Shown: in pieces, positions 24,160 through 36,553 of the stretch
Layout of the letters: every line of letters begins with the position of its first letter
How positions within the stretch are numbered: the first letter of the stretch is position 1
Source: Octopus bimaculoides
Taxonomy: Eukaryota
Direction of reading: 5' to 3'
Assembly (NCBI RefSeq): GCF_001194135.2
Contig: NC_068984.1
Location: 69,730,107-69,794,106 of the forward strand
Length of the DNA stretch: 64,000 nt
Position numbers and translations under genes: made by a program
The notes under the pieces: generated by a model
Told to the model about the DNA's origin: nothing
Database searches by the model: none
What the model saw: only the letters and a program-made list of their open reading frames with translations

Positions 24160-25230
24160 TATATATATAAATATATATATATTTGGGAATCTGTGAGTGT
24201 GTGTGTGTCACAAGTTTCTTTCAGTCCTCATCAATCAAACAAGTAAATGAAATAAAATGAAAACATTCATAACGATAAACAGAAATTAGTCGTTGGGCTG
24301 TAGCCAGAGGCTTCACCATTGCAAACTGTCTACTGGACTAAAGAGCAAACGACCATTACAGGACATACATTTTTTTAGTAAACCTTTAGCAGGAAAATGC
24401 ATTGAAAGGAATGACAAATATCTGCACCAAAGATTAAATCTGCACTGCAAGCTTAATTTGGCTTTTTAATCAAATTATTTAGGACAGTAGTCTGTAGAAA
24501 AAACATGCCACATTATTTTGTTGCATCTTCATTGCCTCTTTTAGTTTAAATTTTGTTGAGATGAACTATGTCCTTTGGGGGTCACAAAAGTAGGTGCCAT
24601 TCAATTACTGGAGTGGATTAGGTGTGCTGAATCATTCCCAGTGTTTATTTAGGACATAATTCATTAAATAATTGAACAGATTACTTCATATAACAATATA
24701 AAAGCAAACCAAAGTTGTTTTTGTGTGACAAAGTTTCTCATAGTGTGGAATTTCTAATTCTTTTTAAGAAATTTGCTAATCACAGAAACACTTTTGGTTT
24801 CACCGAAAGCAAAACAATAGCATTGTTCAAATGTGATAATTTCATTTGCATTAATTACTCGTACGTATTATGATTTGAAATGTTGTGCTTAACACATCTC
24901 AGCAACACTTACTAAAAGAAATAAAGCATAAATAATATGACAACATGAGAATGAAGTTTACACTGTTGTATAAATACTTCCAACCCTATCATACTAGCTT
25001 GAAAAAACAATAGTGATAATGGTGACAATGATGCTGATGATTATGATGATGCCAATGGTAGTGATGATGATAACAATAATGATGACGGCAGTGCTGGTTG
25101 TGGTGGTGGTGGTGAGAGTGGTGGAGATATAAGAGCAATGAGGACAGTGACAAAGGTGATGATGGAAAGTGGGGAGGAATTGTTTGTACCTTGATTTTTA
25201 ATAAACAAACTTAGCTTATTCAACATGTAT

Positions 25231-26560
25231 GCACAGGTGTGGCTGTGTGGTAAAAAGCTTGCTTCCCAACCTCATAGCTCAGGGTTCAGTCCCACTGCAT
25301 GGCAAATATATATATATATTAGGCTGTTTCACATAAAATGTCGCATTTTTAATTACTTGCTATTTCAGTCATTTAAAAACTCAATTATGTATACCTTGCA
25401 TTTAATCTTGACTCTTTTTCTTTCCCAACAATGTTGGTATACAAAATTCGTACCCACAGACCTTATGAAAATGATAGCAACCAAGCTATGTTGAGTGATT
25501 TTCTTGTATGAGTACAAACTGGGTCGCTCTGCTGCAGAAGCTCTACAGAATATCTTGTGAGCCTTTGGTAATACTTTTGTTGACATCAGAACTGTTCGGA
25601 GATAGTTCCAAAGTCTTGTCCAGGATATGATAACCTTGAAAATAAACCAAGAGGTAGGCCAAAATCAGTTATTCAACATGATGGATTAAATGCTTTGGTT
25701 GAACAAAATCCAAGAACAAATGTTTGAAAACTTTCATCAGAACTCTAAACATCTCGCACAACTGTATTTGGACACCTGTAAAAAATTGGAAAAGTCAAGA
25801 AAACTGATAGGTTTGTTCCACATCAACTGAACGAGATTTTAAAAAAAACAAAAAAAAAACAGGCACCTTGAAGTGTGCTCCTTATTGCTTTCTTTATTGG
25901 AAAAATACCATTTTTGCATCAAATCATTACTTGTGATTAGAAATGGATATTCTTTGACAACAGCAAGAGAACAGGACACTGATTAGATGCAGGAGAGTCA
26001 CCTAAATACTACTCAAACCCACTATTGCTCTTTAAAAAGTTAGTGGTCACTGTATGGTGGACTGCAAAGGGAGTTATTCATTATTCATTTTTACAACAAG
26101 AGAAAACAGTAACAACAACATCATATTGCCAGGAAATTGATTGTATGCATGAGAATTTGAAAAAGAAGCAGCCCAGACTAGTCAAAAAAATGGCCCAATT
26201 TTGCTTCATGACCTCTCAAGCTATGGTCCAAAAGTTGCAAAGCCTGAATTATGAGATTTTGCAACAGTCTCCCTATTCTCCTGATATCTCTCCTCCTGAA
26301 CGCCTCTTATTTTAGCATTTTGAGCTTTTCATAAGCAATAAAACATTCTTAAGACAGAGAAGAGGTAATTGAAATATCCGGACAGTTTATCAGAGCAAAA
26401 GATGAATATTTTTTTAAAGATGGAATATATAACATAGAGGAATGCTGGGTAAGCGTCATAAATGAACATGGACCATACTTTGAATAAATTAATCTGTTCT
26501 CTAACACTTCTGAAACATTTTATTGTTACCTTTGAAATATGGCCTTTCATGTGAAACAAC

Positions 26561-26612
<52 letters not shown>

Positions 26613-26860
26613 AACATATGTATCTATGTGTGTGTGTCTTTGTATATGTGTTTGTCCCCCCATCACTGCTTGACAACCAGTGAGATTTGTTTATGTCCCT
26701 GTAACTTAGTGTTTTAGCAAAAGAGATTGATAGAATAAGTACCAAACACAAAAAAACAAAAAATGAAGTACTGGGGTTAATTCATTCAACTAAAAATTTG
26801 TCATGGTGGTGCCCCAGTATGGCCACAGTCTAACGATGGAAACAAGTAAAAAATAAAAAG
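25231..26860 (+). mobile_element. SINE family A split by the mariner insertion
   Basis: Head at 25231-25305 (gcacaggtgtggctgtgtggtaaaaagcttgcttcccaac..ggttcagtcccactgc). 3' half at ~26570-26860 (gtttgtccccccatcactgcttgacaacc..ccagtatggccacagtc..aacaagtaaaa). Confidence 0.8.
25319..26564 (+). mobile_element. Full-length decayed mariner (DD34D-type) transposon, 1246 bp
   Basis: TIRs ttaggctgtttcacataaaatg / cctttcatgtgaaacaacttaa with TA flanks. Transposase relic from 25465: IFLYEYKLGRSAAEA, RTVRR*F, ITCD*KWIFFDN, VTVWWTAKGVIHY, PYSPDISP. Many stops and frameshifts. Confidence 0.92.
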
Positions 26861-27529
26861 AGACTGATATTAATGAAGTCACTACAATTTATTTCATTGA
26901 CAGCACGAAACAGTTCTTCTTCTTAATGTCTACTTTAAACAGTAAGATGGATATGAAGGCAGTTACATAAAAAGCTCAATATAATTTTCTGAGAAACCTG
27001 ATTATAATCTTCAGTGTTGGCTACCTGGGGCAGGCTTTGAGCTTGCTACAACCCTCAACCATATCCACTAGGCCTTATACAGGCTTATACAGTTGACTAA
27101 AATGTGCCAACCCCACCCCCACCTTTCTCCTGACAACTGACATTTTTAAAACTGTGAAACAAAATTCTCTGATGGATACTGGAGATCATATTATAGTTTA
27201 ATTGATCCGTTGTGATATATGAAAATTAATTATAGAGACTATGATGAGTGAGACCAATATTTTATTATCAAGATTGTCTACAATGAATATCCTTAAATAG
27301 AAACTGATTATTTAATAATTTTGATTGCATCATACCTTCCACTAGTAATTTTCAAATACTTTTAAATAAATGGATAATCATCCTTCATTTTTTAAATACA
27401 ACACAACTTGGGGATAATATCTAAAGAAAATAGAAAAGACAGCTTGAAATAATGGAACGTGCCAATTTAAAGAATAATATTTATTAAATTTTTTTCTGTT
27501 ACAGATTTTTCAATAGTAATAATCTTCTT

Positions 27530-27725
27530 TAATTTTGGCACAAGGCTAGCTAGTTTGAGGGTAAGGGGCAAGTTGAATACATTGACAACTATACTATTTA
27601 TTTTATCGACCCTGAAAAGATGAAGAGAAAAGTTGACCTTGGCAGTATTTGAACTCATGATGTAAGAAGCTGGAAGAAATGCTGCAAAACATTCTGTTTG
27701 GCAAGGTAACAATTCTGCCAGTTTG
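27530..27725 (-). mobile_element. SINE family B
   Basis: ttttatcgaccctgaaaagatgaagagaaaagttgaccttggcagtatttgaactc...aattctgccagtttgct. Confidence 0.75.
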
Positions 27726-28124
27726 CTATCATTTTCTCATCAGTAATAATAATCATTTCTGGTTGCTGCATTTGTCTTAGAAGCCTCAATGTAGTTGCTC
27801 AATCTTCTAAAAGAAGCAACCAAATCCTCACCAAAAGTACACATTGCCATCTTCAAATGAAGGACTTATTAGATGACATAGTCCACAGAACTTTATTTCT
27901 GAAAAGGAAAAGTAAAAGATCAATGGTCTCATAGCTTGAATGTCATTCGTTATAAGTTATGTTAATCAGAGCAGAATTGGAGGAGTTTGACAGGAATAAA
28001 CGTTCTTAAAAACAGCAAGTAAAATGAAATAAAATGTGGAGATAGTTGTATGAACTGAGTCACTTCTATTAACCAGACAAGTGCAGCTGCAACATATGAT
28101 TGACTTGGTTTTTACAGTTAAATA

Positions 28125-28342
28125 ATCTTTTCTACTCTAGGCAAAAGGCCCAAAAGTTTTGGAGAGGAGGGGCCAGTCGATTAGATCAACTGCAGTACAA
28201 AACTGGTACTTAATTTATCAACTCTGAAAGGATGAAAGGCAAAGTCGACCTCAGCAGAATTTGAACTCAGAATGTAAAGACAAACAAAATACTGCTAAAC
28301 ATTTTACCTGGTGTGCTAACGTCTCTGCCAGCCTGCTGCCTT
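28125..28342 (-). mobile_element. SINE family B
   Basis: aactggtacttaatttatcaactctgaaaggatgaaaggcaaagtcgacctcagcagaatttgaactcag...ctctgccagcctgctgcc. Confidence 0.85.
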
Positions 28343-28429
28343 TTTTTACAGTTAAATAATATGAAAGAACTGAAATTGACATATGATAGTTAAATTAGCA
28401 GCAAGGTACAGGTATGACTGAACCGTTAA

Positions 28430-28770
28430 AAAAGTTAGATTTACAACCATATGATTCTGTTTAAATTTGAGTCCACTCCCACTGTGATTGGCATCTTGGG
28501 CAAATGTTTTTTTCTTATAATATTGGGTTAATGAGTGATATGTAAATGAAAAGCCCATCATATAGATATCAGGTGTAGCCATGTGATAAGAAGTTTGCCT
28601 CCCAATCACAAGGTTCCAAGTTAAGTTCCAGTTCTTGACATCTTGGAAAGGTGTCTTCTAGTAAAGCCCCATGCTAGTCAAAGCCTTGAGAGTTGATTTG
28701 ATGGATGGAAATTGAAAGTAGCCCATCGTGTGTGTATGAGTGTGTAATTTTGTCTTTGTCTTTGTCCCCT
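28430..28770 (+). mobile_element. Two tandem degenerate SINE family A heads
   Basis: The core ggcatcttgggcaaatg / gacatcttggaaaggtgtcttc and aagcccatc occur twice in succession. Confidence 0.6.
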
Positions 28771-29218
28771 ACTACCAGGAAGAGGTAAGTAACGAATGAA
28801 AGAAATGTGTCAGGTAACAGAGGAGGAAGATATACTGAGACATAGAGAATGGTACAACGAGAATAGAAAAAGAAAATGCTGCTAGCTTAGCTTAGTTAAG
28901 TTGGAGTTTAACCACAATTAGAAGAAATCATACAGATTTTATGTAATGAGCAAAAATGGAATAAAATTTGTGTTGACATGAGAAGAATAGGTCAGAGAAC
29001 CTATTGAGTATTGAGATATGATAGTTAAGAATAGTTTAAGTAAAGATTTAAGCTGGAAAAAGAATGGTAGAGCAAACCATAGGATCTCCGACTTTCTGCC
29101 CTTGGAAAGTAATAATTTATGTATTCTTTTAGTATTTGAAATTTTTTGTTCTCTGTAAATATAACTGTGTGTGTGTATGTGTGTGTATGTTTACCTTTCT
29201 GAATATGTGTGTGTGTGT

Positions 29219-29269
<51 letters not shown>

Positions 29270-29382
29270 TCTCTCTCTTTCTCTCTCTCATATACATATA
29301 CATATATGAATGTTTGAAACCTAATTGTGTTATCTGCATTACTACCTTGCTTTCTCTCTTTCTCTCTTTCCCTATATATATC

Positions 29383-30860
29383 ATCATCAACATTATCATC
29401 GTTTAATGTCCGTTTTCCTTTCTAGCATGGGTTGGACAGTTTGACTGAGGACTGGCAAGCCAGTAGGCTGCATCAGGTTCCAATCTGATCTGCCAAGGTT
29501 TCTACAGCTGGANNNNNNNNNNCAGGTTCCAATCTGATCTGCCAAGGTTTCTACAGCTGGATGCCCTTCCTAATGCCAACCACTCCAAGAGTGTGGTGGG
29601 TGCTTTTTACATGCCACCGGTGTGAGAGCCAGTCAGGCAGCACTGACACTGACCACATTCAGATGGTGCTTTTTACATGCCCCTAGCACAGGGAGCCAGT
29701 CAGGTGGCACTGACATCAACCCACGCTTGAATGGTGCTTATTACGTACCACCAGCATGGGTGCCAGTCAGGCAGCTCTGCATCGGCCACAACTACGATTT
29801 TCATTTTGATTTGATTTGACTCAATAAGTCTTCTCAAGCACAGTGCATCATCTGACGATCCAAGGGTACTTTTAATGGGCTGGTTATGAAACACTGTAAT
29901 GGCCACGGCTGTCATCTCACTTTACTTGCTGAGTCATCTCAGTCACAGCAAATCTCCAAAGGTCATGATCTCTTGACATTGCCTCTGTGAGGCCCAACGT
30001 TCGAAGGTCATGCTTCCCCGCCTCATCCCATGTCTTCCTTGGTCTCCCTTTTCCACAGGTTCTTTCCAATGTTAGGGTGTGACACTTCTTCACACAGCAC
30101 TCCTCATCCAAACAAAATACATGACCATACCAGTGCTGTCATCTCTCTTGTGCACTACATCTGATGCTTCTTGTTTCCAAAATTTCTCTCAGGACGCTTA
30201 CACTCTGTTGTGTATGCACACTGACATTACACATCCAGTGGATCATACAAGCTTCCTTTCTTTTAAACCTACATATGTCCTTAACAGTCATGGCCCATGT
30301 TTCACTGCTGTGTAGCATGGCTGTTCACACACATGCATCATTCAGTCTACCTTTCACTCTGAATGAGAAGCCTTTTGTTACCAGCAGAGGTAGTAGCTTT
30401 TGAGCTTTGCCCAGGCTATTCTTATTCTAGTGGCAATGCTATCAGAGCATCCACCCCCACTACAGACTTGGCCACCCAGGTAGTTTCTATCTATGCCTTT
30501 TCTACAGATTGAGCAGGGCCATCTACCTGAAGGGGTTTCTGATTTGTCTGCCTTCCTACTTACTAGGACTTTGGTTTTTTGCTAGATCGACTCTAAAGCC
30601 CTTCGATTCTAGACCTAGCTTCCACACTTGAAATTTCATTTATAGTTCTAGTAGTGACTCAGCTGTTAGAGCAAAGTCATCAGCATAGAAAAGCTCCCAG
30701 GGGCAGCCTGTCTTGAATTCCTCTGTTATTGCCTGGAGGACTATGATGAATAAGAAAGGGCTGAGGACTGATCCTTGCTGAACCCCTACTTCTTCTCGGA
30801 ATTCTCCACTATACTTATTGCCAACCCTCACCTTACTGACAGCATCCCTGTACAGGGCTT
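29383..30860 (-). mobile_element. 5'-truncated RTE LINE including the RT catalytic region
   Basis: YRDAVSKVRVGNKYSGEF..GVQQGSVLSPFLFIIVLQAITEEFKTGCPWELFYADD, then GKGRPRKTWDE..DLRTLGLTEAM, a 3' UTR with tandem units, and a (GAT)n tail. Confidence 0.9.
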
Positions 30861-30862
30861 GT

Positions 30863-30922
<60 letters not shown>

Positions 30923-31039
30923 ATAGTAATAATAATAAGGACTATTATGAAGTAGCATAGCATAACCTATAACATATTTATAATATGGACATATATAAAA
31001 AGTTATATATGACAAGCGAAATACTATGATGAAAATTTA

Positions 31040-31720
31040 TTTAACTGTACGTAAATTGAACATTATTTACATTATTTACATTTGACAGATATTTGTCCTC
31101 ATCTTTGTTGTCAACACGTCTTGGCTGATATACCCTCCATCCATCATCAGGTGTCTTGGGGAAATTTCGAACCTGGGTTCTCATTCCTAAGGTATTTTTC
31201 GATGTTATTATTATTATTATTCAGGTCACTGCCTGAAATCGAACTTGGAATCTTGGGGTTAGTAGCCCACACTCTTAACCACTACGCCATATGCCCGTGG
31301 GTAATTATGGAGTGAATTTTAGGGCTTATAAATCTAATATTTTCCTATCTTTCCTTAATACCAATTCCCATATACTATTCATATCTGCACTCAGTCTGCT
31401 TAGGAGGTTGCTGTGTCCTAACATTTGCACTGCTTCTTTTAGATTTTATAGTTTCTAATAGTTTTCTCTATCTATTATTTCAACTTCATCCCACAGGGGG
31501 AGGTGGTCTCGATTTTACCAAACATGATCAGCTATACCCGATTTATCAATATCTCCTCATGTCACAGCTTTGCGATGTTCCTCGACCCTTATTTTGAGGG
31601 CGGGGGCAGCATGTTTCGTCTTTGTATAACCCACCATAGCTGCATGGGATGGAGTACACACAGCTTTTGGTCATATTCTCTTCTATTGGTGGTTTTACTC
31701 GAAGGAGATATTTATGATGT
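31040..31720 (-). mobile_element. Penelope-like element 3' end: GIY-YIG endonuclease relic followed by the tRNA-like / (AAT)n / hammerhead-like module
   Basis: YLLRVKPPIEENMTKSCVYSIPCSYGGLYKDET resembles the PLE VY.IPC.CG..Y.GET motif. Downstream on the minus strand: GGCGTAGTGGTTAAG..GTTCGATT, (AAT)n, CTGATGA. Confidence 0.8.
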
Positions 31721-31974
31721 GTTGTATTACTACAGCAGCAGCAGCAGTGGTGATATGCTATCATTTTTGTAACTGACATCATCATTATCATCATCATCAT
31801 CATCAACATCATGACTATCATGACTATCATCATCATCATCACCAACATCATTGCCTTCATCTTTGTCCTGATTTTTATCAAAATTTTCCTCAGCTTTTCT
31901 CTTCCTCAAGTTCCTTCAAGTTTAGTTACAACTGTCAAAATTTATACATGACTTTGCTGCTTCAGATTCTAGGA

Positions 31975-32230
31975 CTCTCAGTTCTTATGAATAATTTCAC
32001 AAAGTTTTGTTAATGCTGTGCTTTAGGCTAATCATTAATGCAAGTGAAATAATGATATTGTTCTAATTGAGAATAATTTTATCTGCAGCAATTATATACA
32101 TTTATACAAATTGACAAAGGACTTTTTACACGATTGCTTAACATGCTAGAAATAGTAGTCAAATTTCCTTCAAATCACATCAAACTGTCATGTAAAATAA
32201 GTAGACCGAGAACATGCGGGATGATGTTGT
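31975..32230 (+). repeat. Dispersed repeat family D (unclassified); longer copy at 37840-38160
   Basis: atgaataattt..gctttaggctaatcat..gtgaaataatgatattgttctaattg..tgctagaaat..caaat.tccttcaaat is shared between 31975-32200 and 37840-38060. Weaker fragments appear near 19030, 21050, 27780, 54010 and 62500. Confidence 0.7.
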
Positions 32231-32590
32231 GCTATAAAGCTTTTATCTTGTACTTGTTTCAGTTATTAGACTGTAATTATGCTGGAGCACTGCGAAAAAG
32301 ATTTTAGTTCAGTGACTCGACCCCAGTAGGTTTTTAATTTCTAAACCTGGTACATATTCTATTGGTTACTTTTGCTGAACTGCTAAGTTACAGGGACGTA
32401 AACACATCAACATCAGTTGTCAGGCGGTGATAAAGGACAAATACAGATACGAACAGACACATACATACATGATGTGCTTCTTTCAGTTTTCATCAACCAA
32501 AAACACAAGGCCTTGGTTAGCCCAAGGTGCTACACAGTGGAACTGAACCCAGAACCATGTGGTTGGGAAGCAAGCTTATTACCACCTATT
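32230..32590 (-). mobile_element. SINE family A, degenerate
   Basis: Reverse complement of family A tail, body and head. Confidence 0.75.
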
Positions 32591-32734
32591 ATATGACTGA
32601 ATAAAAGACAGAATGGTGATAGTACTGGAAAACACTTAAGCATAGGTTTGCTTAATCAGGTCTCATACAGGGCTGAACAACATGCTTTCCAATTAGCCTA
32701 TGAAATGCTAAGTGAGTTTGTTTTCTACCAATTA

Positions 32735-33146
32735 CTCTTTACTCTTTACTCTTTACTTTTTTACTTGTTTTAGTCACTTGATGCGGCCATGCTGGAGCAC
32801 CACCTTTGGTCAAGCAAATCAACCCCAGGACTTATTCTTTGAATGCCCAGTACTTATTCTATCAGTCTCTTTTGCCGAACCGCTAAGTTACGGGGACATA
32901 AATACACCAGCATCGGTTGTCAAGTGATGTTGGGAGAACAAACACAGACACACAAACATATACACACACATACATATATACATATATACGACGGGCTTCT
33001 TTCAGTTTCCGTCTACCAAATCCGCTCACAAGGCTTTGGTCGGCCTGAGGCTATAGTAGAAGACACTTGCCCAAGGTGCCATGCAGTGGGAATGAACCCG
33101 GAACCATGTGGTTGGTAAGCAAGCTACTTACCACACAGCCACTCCT
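32735..33146 (-). mobile_element. SINE family A, full length, young
   Basis: cttaccacacagccactcc head and gaagacacttgcccaaggtgcc core in reverse orientation. Confidence 0.9.
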
Positions 33147-33308
33147 TATGAAAACATTTGAGGTAAGCATGTCTGTGGGGTTACAGAATACACCTTGCAG
33201 CTACTTGGCATTGGATTTGATCCCACAACGTGCCACTGTCTTTTAATATAGCCTTGTGCCATCCATCGTCTTTTAGGCGAAAGTAGTAGAAGAAAACTCC
33301 GAGAAAGC

Positions 33309-33359
<51 letters not shown>

Positions 33360-33706
33360 ATGATCACTGTCATCATCAATCATCATCATCATCACTGTTT
33401 TAATGTCTACCTTTCCATGGATGCATGGGCCAGGTGAGAGTATGTTAGAGCAGAATTTCCTATGGCTGACTGTCCTTCCAGTTACCAACTACCGCCACTT
33501 ATTTCAAACAGCAAAGAGCCCAGACATGTTTACTAGGAAGACTCGAAGTGAATGACATTGTATGAATGAGCCGTTTGTTTGCAAAGATTGTACATGTCAA
33601 GACGTGTTAAGGAGCCCAGGCAGGCTTTTACCGTGAGCTGCAAGTAAACTGCTTGTGTATAAATGTGTGTGTGTAAATTACTTGTGTATAAATGTGTGTG
33701 TGTATT

Positions 33707-33756
<50 letters not shown>

Positions 33757-34100
33757 CATGCACACGTGTGTGCATATGAGTTTAGTGTGTGTGTATGTGT
33801 TGCTATGTGTTTTCATATGCGGGCGCAAATGTAATTTCAGAATTTCATTATAAGCATTGTCTGATGAAACAATAATGACATTGTTTAACATTCCAGTGAA
33901 CAAACACTTCGTAGTTTATCAGATGTGTGACAATCTCAAGAATGATGAATACCTTACTTGAGAAACAAGTAAGGGCTGCTGAGTGGATGAGCATTCAGAA
34001 GTAGAAAGTTATTTTCCATGAAGTTTTGTTAAATCCATACCAATATGGAAGACTGGATGTAAACACAATGATAGTGATGGTTTCTGTCTGTCTCTGTCTG

Positions 34101-34182
<82 letters not shown>

Positions 34183-34683
34183 ACACACACACACACAGAT
34201 ATGCATATATATTTATATGCATATATTTACATATACATGATTTGTGTTATGCTTAGATTCAAGCAAGTTACTAGAATTCCTGACTCAAGTTGAATGGAAT
34301 GAACCATTCCAAATCCTTATTGCATTATCCATGTGAATGATTTTAGAGCTGGATAGCTTGTTCTGCTATCAAGTCATAAGATATATAATAACGAAAGCAA
34401 ACCAACTAAGGATATTGTGAACGCATTTAATAGATACAGTTCAAATAATTGTACAATAGATAAGAAAGGGGAATTTCATCTCTTACACAAAATCTTCCTC
34501 AGTTAAAATATATCGAAATATTTTGATATGTCTTAATTTGGGATAATTTTGTGTAACATGAAATTCCTTTATTATCTATTGTAATTTCATCTGAAATGCA
34601 TGTACATATATATATGTTAATATATATATGCACCTAAACATACACAAACATAAATATATATGAGTGTGTGTGTGTATATGCAT

Positions 34684-34722
<39 letters not shown>

Positions 34723-34737
34723 ATGTATGTATAAATA

Positions 34738-34971
34738 CAGTGTACATTCAACACATACGAGGCATCCATCATATGGATTCCTTGTACGCTAGGAAGAACA
34801 GTTAAATTCCATACCACTATTTAGGGATAAAACTGATGGTAAATGTTTTTATTTTATTTTTCATTCACTTCAAAGTTTTATCCCTAAATAGTAGAATGGA
34901 ATTTATCTGTTCTTTCTAGCATGCAAGAAATGCATATGATGGATGCCTCTTATGTGTTTAAATGTCCACTG
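34738..34971. mobile_element. Foldback MITE with ~97-bp TIRs and TA TSD (Tc1/mariner-type), 234 bp
   Basis: The left arm cagtgtacattcaacacatacgaggcatccatcatatgg...ctatttagggataaaact is the reverse complement of 34874-34971, with scattered mismatches and a 39-nt spacer. TA on both flanks. Confidence 0.85.
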
Positions 34972-35084
34972 TACTTATATGAATAATATATAGTCTATTG
35001 ACTAAATTTTTACACACTAGGCCACTGGAAGTAGAAATTTCTAATATTTCCGATAACCCTCGATAATATTAATTTTATATATAT

Positions 35085-35312
35085 CATCATCATCATCATC
35101 GTTTAACGTCCGCTTTCCATGCTAGCATGGGTTGGACGATTTGACTGAGGACTGGTGAAACCGGATGGCAACACCAGGCTCCAGTCTGATTTGGCAGAGT
35201 TTCTACAGCTGGATGCCCTTCCTAACGCCAACCACTCAGAGAGTGTAGTGGGTGCTTTTACGTGTCACCCGCACGAAAACGGCCACGCTCGAAATGGTGT
35301 CTTTTATGTGCC
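35085..35312 (-). mobile_element. Family C RTE-tail repeat, young, cut by an N gap
   Basis: (cat)n gtttaacgtccgctttccatgctagcatgggttgg...ggatgcccttcctaacgccaacc. Confidence 0.9.
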
Positions 35313-35877
35313 NNNNNNNNNNNNNNNNNNNNNNNNNNNNNNNNNNNNNNNNNNNNNNNNNNNNNNNNNNNNNNNNNNNNNNNNNNNNNNNNNNNNNNNN
35401 NNNNNNNNNNNNNNNNNNNNNNNNNNNNNNNNNNNNNNNNNNNNNNNNNNNNNNNNNNNNNNNNNNNNNNNNNNNNNNNNNNNNNNNNNNNNNNNNNNNN
35501 NNNNNNNNNNNNNNNNNNNNNNNNNNNNNNNNNNNNNNNNNNNNNNNNNNNNNNNNNNNNNNNNNNNNNNNNNNNNNNNNNNNNNNNNNNNNNNNTCGAT
35601 AGATAGATATATATTGATGGATATATATATATATCTGAGTTTGTATGATTATGTATAGAAGATATTGATCAATGAAATTCCAAAGTAGTCTGATTTTCAC
35701 ATTTTATTATTTACACTTTTTACAATACTATAATACTAGAATAGTATATAATTATTGATTTATTGTGATAAAACTAGTACTTTCATGCATTACACAATCA
35801 TCAGGTTTATGTAGTAGTAGAGATAGTTGTGTTCTACAATTGACAACTATATATATTTATATATACACACACACATG

Positions 35878-36393
35878 AAATCTTTCGAGTGAGATCGTTG
35901 CCAGTGCCCTTGGACTGGCTCTTGTGCAGGTGACACAAGAAATTTTTCGAGCGAGACCATTGCCAGTGCCCCTGGACTGGCTCTTGTGTGGTGCCGTTGT
36001 AGAATTTTCGAGCGAGATCGTTGCTGGTCCCCTGGACTGGCTCATGTGCGGGCGACACATGAAATCTTTCGAGCGAGATCGTTGCCAGTGCTCCTGGACA
36101 GGCTCATGTGCGGGCGACACATGAAATCTTTTTTTTTTTTTTTTGTGCGGGTGGCACATGAAATGCACCATTTTGAGTGTGGCAGTTGCCAGTACCGCCT
36201 GACTGGCCTTCGTGCGGGTGACACGTAAAAACACCCACTACACTCTCTGAGTGGTTGGCGTTAGGAAGGGCATCCAGCTGTAGAAACTCTGCCAAATCAG
36301 ATTGGAGCCTGGTGTAGCCATCTGGTTTCACCAGTCCTCAGTCAGATCGTCCAACCCATGCTAGCATAGAAAGCGGACGTTAAACGACGACGA
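35878..36393 (+). mobile_element. Family C RTE-tail repeat with four ~60-bp 5' tandem units
   Basis: Units begin at ~35878, 35939, 36002 and 36061 (gaaat.tttcgagcgagatcgttgccagtgcccctggactggctc.tgtg..). They are followed by the shared tail ending (gac)n. Confidence 0.9.
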
Positions 36394-36477
36394 TAAATGT
36401 ATGTATTTTTTCAGTGTATGTTGGAAATATTAAGATTTGAATAACACCTGCATTTAACTCCATTTCTTTATTTATCC

Positions 36478-36553
<76 letters not shown>

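Noticed and set aside
29468-29562. ~40-bp direct duplication flanking a 10-N gap
   Set aside because: Typical unmerged contig overlap (assembly artefact). The same caution applies to the 10-N gaps near 23082 and 53834.
31255-31295. Possible bona fide tRNA gene
   Set aside because: The acceptor stem is incomplete and it is embedded in a Penelope-like terminus. Treated as a TE-borne tRNA-like sequence, as are the SINE heads.
35878-36130. CRISPR-like repeat array
   Set aside because: The units are contiguous with no unique spacers, the context is eukaryotic, and there are no cas genes.
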